Positions 57,946 to 64,000 of a DNA stretch of 64,000 nt are shown one piece after another. Where the stretch lies: positions 579,271 through 643,270 of the forward strand of contig BOKR01000001.1 in assembly GCA_016861085.1 (NCBI GenBank). The letters are read 5' to 3'. Each line of letters starts with the position of its first letter. Position 1 is the first letter of the stretch. Position numbers and translations under genes: made by a program. This DNA is from Patescibacteria group bacterium. GTDB taxonomy: Bacteria > Patescibacteriota > Microgenomatia > UBA1400 > PJMF01. The notes under the pieces are model-generated. The model worked only from the letters and a program-made list of their open reading frames with translations. It was not told where the DNA came from and did not search any database.

Positions 57946-60132
57946 TTATTGAATTAATTCTGAATGTAATTCTGTAGCTGCATCTGTCTCTTCAATTCTT
58001 TCAATGCCTCGCTTCTCAACAACATCACCCACTGGGATTGTAAACCAAAACGTTGTTCCTTTTCCTTCAACACTCTCAAACCAAATTTTTCCATTTGAAG
58101 ATTCGATAATAATTTTTGTCATGTATAATCCCAAACCGTTTCCGTCTGTTTCTGTTTGGAACACATTTGAACCACGGTGAAACTTTTCAAAAATTGCATT
58201 TTGGTCTTTTACGGGGATTCCCAAACCAGTATCACTAATCTCAGAAAGAATATATCCTTCTGACTGTCTAATTTTTATGGTCACAACTCCCCCGTTTGGA
58301 GAATATTTAACTGCGTTTGTTAGGATATTTCTGTACACTTCACGAATGAGCTGTTGATCTATAGAAACATCTGCAATTGCATCGGAAAAATCGGTGATAA
58401 TTTTTACTTTCTGCTTTTCTGCTGCCAACTTGATCTCATCTATAACGCCCAAGACTAATGAAATGACGTTAGTGGGTTTGGGATTAATAATAATTCGCCC
58501 AGACTCAATTCGAGAAACATTTAATAAATTATTGACGAGGGTTATCATCCGCTGAATTGATTGGTACAGACTTTTGAGTAGATTTGTTTGTTCAGGTTGC
58601 AATTGTCCGACATCACCTTTTAATAACATTTCCATGTTCCACTTCATTGAAGATAACGGTGTTCGTAGTTGGTGTGAAGCTAAAGAAATAAATTGTGTTT
58701 TAATCTCGTCAACTTTTTTCTCCCCTGAAGTATCACGTTCTGAAGCAACAAAAAATTCAACAACTCCGTCTTTTCCCAAGATTGGAGAAATTCTGATTTC
58801 TGCTTGGTATACTTCTCCATTCTTTCGTTTGTTTGTTAGCTCACTCACATAGGATTGTTTATTCGTTTTAATAACCTGCCACATTTTTTCATAAAAACTC
58901 ATTGGCATTAGTCCACCCCAAAGCTTTCCAGCTTTTGTTCCCAATATTTCATCTGTTCTGTACCCAGTGATTTTTTCTGTAGCTGGATTTGCATATATCA
59001 CCATACCATCTGAATCAGTTATCACAATTTGTTCAGAGATACCATGTACTGCTAGTTGGTATTTTCGTAAATCTTTTGTCAAATCTTCTGCCATCGCTTC
59101 AGCTTGGTTGCTCAATTTAGAAAAGTTATACAGTGAAAAACTCACCAGTCCTGACACGACTACCCCTAGAGTGAAAATCAATCCTGGTAAGTATGAAACA
59201 AAATCGCTCAATACATGTTCATGTATTGATGTAAACGTAAAAAGCCATGTGCGAGTACCAATATTCTTTCGAGCCACTTTTTCATGAATATGTGGCGTTT
59301 GTAATTCATCTGGTTGTGTTGTATAAAACTGAGGCAAAAATGATTTTGGCTGAGAAGTGACATCATCAATCTGAATGGTATCTGTATAAACCAATGTGCT
59401 GCTCCCAGCTATTCTTTCAGCAAAATCATCCGCTGTTGAAGCTAAGAGAATAAATCCTTCCAAGTTTTCTCTCCTTTGTTCTAGAGTATTACTCTCTACT
59501 CCAGCTCTATATACAGGCAAAAACATCAAAAATGATTTGTGATCTTGTTCTTCTTTAAGTAATACAATAGGTTCTGTCATTACTACAGAATTCGTATCTC
59601 GAGCGAGTTCCATCGTTGAAAATCGTATTGACTCAGAGGTGAAGTCAAACCCAAGTAAGTCTTGTGCCCCTTCAAGCGGCTCAACAAAATGTGCAATAAA
59701 AAGCTCATCTCTTTCAGAGGGAGGAAAAATTTGAAAATTTGGAAACCCCTCTGGCACCACAGAAGTATCTGTCCGCACTGAGTTCACATAGCTTGTTTTA
59801 TCTGTAGCTTTAACTTTCTTAATATATGCAAGTCGAGTCACAGATGGATAGTTTTTTTCAATTTCTAGTGATGAAATGAAATCCTCCCACTCTTTTCTGG
59901 TTACTACTTGGCTTGATATAAATAATCCTCTAGCCGCTGTAAGTATCTTGGAATATTCTGAAAACAATTGCTCTGAAAATGAGACTAATTCTTGTGTTTC
60001 TATTGAAAAAACAGTATCAAGTTCTTTCTCATTGTTTTTATTTGCTTCATTACGAAAAAAAAGGGCAGATGCTGCAAAAATAATTACTAAGATGATAAAT
60101 ATAATAATTGGTTCTATTGATAGTTTTTTCAT
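57946..60132 (-). CDS. Sensor histidine kinase with extracytoplasmic CHASE-like domain, PAS, HisKA, HATPase_c
   Basis: TM, ~300-aa periplasmic domain, TM, PAS ('ITDSDGMVIYANPATEKITGYRTDEILG'), H-box 'LASHQLRTPLSSM', G-box 'GLGLYMTKIII'. Confidence 0.75.
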   Translation of the reverse strand: MKKLSIEPIIIFIILVIIFAASALFFRNEANKNNEKELDTVFSIETQELVSFSEQLFSEYSKILTAARGLFISSQVVTRKEWEDFISSLEIEKNYPSVTRLAYIKKVKATDKTSYVNSVRTDTSVVPEGFPNFQIFPPSERDELFIAHFVEPLEGAQDLLGFDFTSESIRFSTMELARDTNSVVMTEPIVLLKEEQDHKSFLMFLPVYRAGVESNTLEQRRENLEGFILLASTADDFAERIAGSSTLVYTDTIQIDDVTSQPKSFLPQFYTTQPDELQTPHIHEKVARKNIGTRTWLFTFTSIHEHVLSDFVSYLPGLIFTLGVVVSGLVSFSLYNFSKLSNQAEAMAEDLTKDLRKYQLAVHGISEQIVITDSDGMVIYANPATEKITGYRTDEILGTKAGKLWGGLMPMSFYEKMWQVIKTNKQSYVSELTNKRKNGEVYQAEIRISPILGKDGVVEFFVASERDTSGEKKVDEIKTQFISLASHQLRTPLSSMKWNMEMLLKGDVGQLQPEQTNLLKSLYQSIQRMITLVNNLLNVSRIESGRIIINPKPTNVISLVLGVIDEIKLAAEKQKVKIITDFSDAIADVSIDQQLIREVYRNILTNAVKYSPNGGVVTIKIRQSEGYILSEISDTGLGIPVKDQNAIFEKFHRGSNVFQTETDGNGLGLYMTKIIIESSNGKIWFESVEGKGTTFWFTIPVGDVVEKRGIERIEETDAATELHSELIQ

Positions 60133-60136
60133 TAGG

Positions 60137-61147
60137 TTATTCCAAAAACTTCACAGTAAAAACTTTTTCTATCTGGACATCATTTCCAATGAGTCCTCTT
60201 TCTAACATGCTCTTATATAATGCCTCCCACTTTGCCTTTGTCATTGCTCCAATGACGGTGTTTGAATCTGGCTTAAGTAACGGGATACTCTGCTGTAAAA
60301 TATAGAGCTGATAATCATAGTTTTTATATGACTCGTTCGTAACATGTTTCAGCGTATCGTTAACCGCTTGTTCCTGATTTGCAATTGCAAATTCCCACGA
60401 TTCAATTAGTGCTGACATAAAATGTTTTACCAAATCAGACCTTTCAGAGATACTGTCGTCTCTTGTAACAATAACATCATTAAACGCATTAATACCAAAC
60501 TGTTCCGGATAAATTATGTTATATTCAACACCAGTTATGTCAAAAAAATAAAGCTGATCAGTTCGGTATAAATCGACAACATCAACGTCATTTTGAGCTA
60601 AATCATCATATTCAGTGCTCTCAAAACCTAATTCAACAATCTGAGCATCTTCATTTCCTAACCCGACGCTCTTTAGTAACACTTTATAGATCAACTCTTC
60701 TTCTAGTTTCCCTGCCTTGCTGCCTAGAATTTTTCCCTTAAAGTCAGCGGGACTCTTAATATTTTTTTCAGCCAAAGATACCACAGCATACGGAGAAACT
60801 TGATAAATTGCCCCAATTGCAGTGATCTTTTTTCCTTCATCTATATAGGTTAAGAACTCTTCAGCACTCATAATTGCAAAATCAGTTCGTCCTGCCAATA
60901 AATCGTCAATCTGGCTTATGCCAGGAGAAAATTCTTTAACTGTAACTTCGATACCGTGTTTTCTAAAGATTCCTTCTTCTATTCCAGTAAAAATTCCTGC
61001 AAACTGAGCTTGGTTAACCCATTTTGGACCGACTGTAACTTTTATTGGAAACAAAAGAAATCTATATCCATTTTGCGAAAATAGATAGCTAAATCCACTT
61101 ATTATCAAAATGACAACCAAAAGAAACAACGCCAGATACCGCCTCAT
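60137..61147 (-). CDS. NMT1/THI5/SsuA-like periplasmic substrate-binding protein (membrane-anchored)
   Basis: Signal anchor plus a type-2 PBP fold with 'NQAQFAG' region. 4-nt gap to the downstream histidine kinase. Confidence 0.6.
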   Translation of the reverse strand: MRRYLALFLLVVILIISGFSYLFSQNGYRFLLFPIKVTVGPKWVNQAQFAGIFTGIEEGIFRKHGIEVTVKEFSPGISQIDDLLAGRTDFAIMSAEEFLTYIDEGKKITAIGAIYQVSPYAVVSLAEKNIKSPADFKGKILGSKAGKLEEELIYKVLLKSVGLGNEDAQIVELGFESTEYDDLAQNDVDVVDLYRTDQLYFFDITGVEYNIIYPEQFGINAFNDVIVTRDDSISERSDLVKHFMSALIESWEFAIANQEQAVNDTLKHVTNESYKNYDYQLYILQQSIPLLKPDSNTVIGAMTKAKWEALYKSMLERGLIGNDVQIEKVFTVKFLE

Positions 61148-61201
61148 ATGTTTAGTATATCGAACTTTTTTTGCTGAAACACTATATATAAGTATATGTA
61201 A

Positions 61202-61495
61202 TTGATTGCAATTTACTCAAAAATTCCCTATAGTAGTGATATGTCTGATGAAACACTACCACAAGCTGATATTCATGCAACTTTGACTTGCCCAATGTGT
61301 GGCACAAAACAAAAGGTACTTATGCCCCCCGAAGGATTTCAGCATTACTACAAATGTACTAATGAAGAATGCCTGGCTGATCTGGCCCCACTTGAAGGAA
61401 AAGACTGTGTATTTTGCTCATATGCAGATAAACCATGTCCCCAAAGGCAACTTCATCCAGATTTATCTGAGCATCATTTACAATCATTGTTATAA
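61202..61495 (+). CDS. Small Cys-rich (zinc-ribbon-like) protein
   Basis: 'CPMCG...YYKCTNEEC...GKDCVFCSY...PCP'. Eight Cys in ~60 aa. Confidence 0.35.
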   Translation: MIAIYSKIPYSSDMSDETLPQADIHATLTCPMCGTKQKVLMPPEGFQHYYKCTNEECLADLAPLEGKDCVFCSYADKPCPQRQLHPDLSEHHLQSLL

Positions 61496-61503
61496 TCAAG
61501 CTC

Positions 61504-62001
61504 ATGAATCTTGAAGTGTATCACCCAACCGTGCAAGCAATTGTTGCTTTGCTTGAAAAAAACAATATCAGGTTTGAAACATTTGAACACGAACCAGTCA
61601 GAACCAGTGAAGAAGCAGCTCAGGTTAGAACTGGCTATAGTTTGCAGCAAGGAGCAAAAGCTCTCATTTTACGCATAAAAATGCCAGGAAACCAAAATCA
61701 CTTTGCACAATTTGTAGTTCCTGGTGACAAAAAAGTTAACTCAAAAGTAGTTACTCAATTACTTGGTGCCAAGAATATCCGTTTTGCACATCCAGAAGAA
61801 ATTGCTGAAATTACACAGGGAATTGAAATCGGCGGGATTCCTCCATTTGGTAATTTATTTGGATTATCTGTTTATGTTGATACTTCATTGCTCAAGCAAG
61901 AAAAAATTATTTTTAATGCTGGAGATAGAAGCTTTTCAATAGGGATGAAACTTAAAGACTACTTAGATGTTGTCAAACCAATTGTAATAACTCTTACTTA
62001 A
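61504..62001 (+). CDS. YbaK/ProX-family aminoacyl-tRNA deacylase
   Basis: 'GAKALILRIK...' and 'GIEIGGIPPFG' motifs of the YbaK/EbsC editing domain. Confidence 0.7.
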   Translation: MNLEVYHPTVQAIVALLEKNNIRFETFEHEPVRTSEEAAQVRTGYSLQQGAKALILRIKMPGNQNHFAQFVVPGDKKVNSKVVTQLLGAKNIRFAHPEEIAEITQGIEIGGIPPFGNLFGLSVYVDTSLLKQEKIIFNAGDRSFSIGMKLKDYLDVVKPIVITLT

Positions 62002-62677
62002 TTGGCTTTGCGATCACCATAAACAATTGTGTTCTTAGAAAGTTCTTTGCTTTATAGATGATAACTGAATCTGAATTTGCACCAATCACATTAGGTAAGT
62101 ATTCTGCTTTCATGTCTCTAATTTCAGTCACAGCGTATTTATAATCCGCAGCGTTTGAGCCACGAACTATTACCGTATCCCCAATTTGCACGTTATCTAG
62201 ATTACTCAAAATATTCTGTAACCCCACCTCAGCTATTACTACAGGATAATTACCACCTAGTTCTGATGATCTCTCATCATGGATTAATAAACCTGATCCT
62301 GGACTTTTGAATATATCTTGCACACTTCCAGAAACTACAAAACTTGATAAATCGATGCTTGATATCACTATTTGTTGTGCCACGATTGGTGTATTTGAGT
62401 CACCTACAATGGTCGGAAATGCCTGTAAAGTGTCTGGGTGCTGCGTAACTAACACACTTAGCCCAAGGCCGATTCCAAGACCAGCTCCACTAATCACAAG
62501 CTTCTTTTTAGTTGCCAAAAAATCAAAAAAAGCGAAAATAGGCAAGAAAATTTTAAGAAAACTAGAGAGAATTATCTTTATAACAGCAACAAAAGTTATA
62601 TTCTGAGGATTAAACTCTAAAACTACATCTCCCTGAGTATTTTTATGAACACTCAAAACTTTGTTCTCCTTTGACAT
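61994..62677 (-). CDS. Hypothetical membrane-anchored extracytoplasmic protein
   Basis: N-terminal TM plus a beta-rich domain. No Cys, so not a sortase. Confidence 0.35.
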   Translation of the reverse strand: MSKENKVLSVHKNTQGDVVLEFNPQNITFVAVIKIILSSFLKIFLPIFAFFDFLATKKKLVISGAGLGIGLGLSVLVTQHPDTLQAFPTIVGDSNTPIVAQQIVISSIDLSSFVVSGSVQDIFKSPGSGLLIHDERSSELGGNYPVVIAEVGLQNILSNLDNVQIGDTVIVRGSNAADYKYAVTEIRDMKAEYLPNVIGANSDSVIIYKAKNFLRTQLFMVIAKPIK

Positions 62678-62754
62678 ATTCTTATTATATCAAATAATAT
62701 CTTAATGACTAATAAAAAGATAATTGCCTCTGAATTTTTTAAAAAAAACTGGTA

Positions 62755-63975
62755 TTGTATGCCAAGACCATGAAAATAAGAATTTCACCAAAAAATATAT
62801 TTAAAACTGCTCTATTTGTTCTCTTTGGTGGCTTCTTCTTTGGCTGCGGTTATTACGTTAACACATACTATACTAATGTTTACAATGCTGTTGAGTTACT
62901 CAATCCCTTTGTTGAATCTGGAGAACTTATAAGTAAACCATTGCTTACATATAGCATTGCAAACCTGCAAAAAAGATTATACGAGCCAAGCGAAATTGTC
63001 CTGGAAAAAATCATCGCTGAAGAAGAAACATACACCACATTACTTTTTTCATATACGACTTTAGGTAAAAAAATGACGGGACAAATCAACATTCCCGATA
63101 ATATCACCGCAAATCCAGAACAAGAAAAAAAAGTTATCGTCTTGCTGCGAGGCTATGTTCCAGAAGACATATATGAAACTGGAACGGGAACAAAAAATGC
63201 TGCCGCTGCATTTGCACAGGAAGGGTATATTACGCTTGCGCCTGATTTCTTTGGATTTGGAGGTTCTGATCCTGAACCAGAAGACACTTGGGCAGCCCGG
63301 TTTGAAAAGCCAATCACAGTTATCGAACTTCTGGAATCAATCAAAAAAAACGGAATACCATTAAATCTGGCTTCAGAACGTACTAGCAACACTCTTGACT
63401 TAGATGTAGTTACGATATCTGATATTGGAGTGTGGGCACACAGTAACGGCGGTCAAATTGCTCTAACCGTGCTTGAAATACTTCAAAAGCCAATACCAAC
63501 AACTCTCTGGGCACCCGTTACCGCACCGTTCCCTTATTCAATTCTGTATTTTTCTGACGAGCAAGAAGATGAAGGAAAAGAACAACGAAAATGGATTTCA
63601 CTGTTTGAGGAAAAATATGATGTATTTGAGTTTAGCTTAACACAGCATTTAGAAAGCCTTACAGGACCAGTTCAGATTCAACATGGAAACGCTGATGATG
63701 CCGCGCTGATTTTCTGGAGCCAAGAATTTGTTGCAAAAGTTGAAGCAGAAAATCAGCGTCGCGAAAACATCATCAAACAACAAAAAGAATTGGTAGCTAC
63801 CTCAAGCGCCCTTCAGGCCACTGTAAGTGCCGAACAAAAATCAGAAACAGAACCAGTTTTGAACCCAATTGAAATCACCTTAATCACATATCCCAACACT
63901 AACCACAACATGGTTCCAAGTTGGAATAAGGCGATACAAAAAGATTTACAATTTTTTAACAAGTATCTAGAATAA
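62755..63975 (+). CDS. Alpha/beta hydrolase (dienelactone-hydrolase/S9-like esterase), membrane-anchored
   Basis: N-terminal TM. Nucleophile elbow 'HSNGG'. C-terminal His region. Confidence 0.55.
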   Translation: MYAKTMKIRISPKNIFKTALFVLFGGFFFGCGYYVNTYYTNVYNAVELLNPFVESGELISKPLLTYSIANLQKRLYEPSEIVLEKIIAEEETYTTLLFSYTTLGKKMTGQINIPDNITANPEQEKKVIVLLRGYVPEDIYETGTGTKNAAAAFAQEGYITLAPDFFGFGGSDPEPEDTWAARFEKPITVIELLESIKKNGIPLNLASERTSNTLDLDVVTISDIGVWAHSNGGQIALTVLEILQKPIPTTLWAPVTAPFPYSILYFSDEQEDEGKEQRKWISLFEEKYDVFEFSLTQHLESLTGPVQIQHGNADDAALIFWSQEFVAKVEAENQRRENIIKQQKELVATSSALQATVSAEQKSETEPVLNPIEITLITYPNTNHNMVPSWNKAIQKDLQFFNKYLE

Positions 63976-64000
63976 ATTTCTATTCAACCGTTTTCTGATA

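Noticed and set aside
61994-62677. Sortase-like protein (N-terminal TM plus beta-barrel-like domain with a 'GD.V.V' pattern)
   Set aside because: The protein has no cysteine at all and no TLxTC/His-Cys-Arg triad, so a sortase call is unsupported. It is kept as hypothetical.
1-64000. CRISPR arrays, integrases/transposases, alternative genetic code (UGA recoding)
   Set aside because: No short direct-repeat arrays with regular spacers were seen. No recombinase or transposase motifs were found in any ORF. Long uninterrupted ORFs with standard stops throughout, including TGA stops, argue for translation table 11.

Overview
This is an AT-rich, very gene-dense bacterial chromosomal segment read in the standard genetic code (long intact ORFs, no UGA recoding). 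The gene content fits a small-genome, Patescibacteria/CPR-like (possibly Microgenomates-like) organism: many GT-C/PMT-type glycosyltransferases, archaeal-type SipW, tiny MazG paralogs, short RmlA. That taxonomic placement is inference only. Housekeeping genes include aspS, recJ, cca, secDF, frr, rseP, def, dacA-like, msrAB, hsp20 and tRNA-Gln(CUG) and tRNA-Glu(CUC). There are five noteworthy functional blocks. (1) An 8-gene minus-strand operon of GT-C/PMT_2-like membrane glycosyltransferases, DPM1-like polyprenol-phosphate sugar synthases (one fused to GtrA) and GDP-mannose-modifying enzymes (Gmd, reductase, 6-dehydrogenase). (2) A candidate T-box riboswitch with a minimal Stem I, a GAC specifier and a textbook antiterminator/terminator, upstream of aspS. 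(3) A SipW-type signal peptidase flanked by two proteins with SipW-cognate (TasA/camelysin-type) signal peptides plus a CAP-domain protein. (4) A copper module (ArsR-YHS fusion regulator, CopA, DsbD/TauE-like membrane protein with cupredoxin domain, CopZ). (5) An arsR-redox_disulfide_2-ArsP permease cassette followed in-frame by a LytR_C-like gene remnant. Other observations: a 1357-aa Ig/FN3-like giant surface protein; a degenerate copy of the tRNA-Gln 3' end about 870 bp from the tRNA; poly-C tracts of 7 and 8 in a GC-rich lipoprotein gene; a CIRCE-like inverted repeat at the hsp20 promoter; and a convergently overlapping response-regulator/histidine-kinase pair. No CRISPR array, integrase or transposase was seen.
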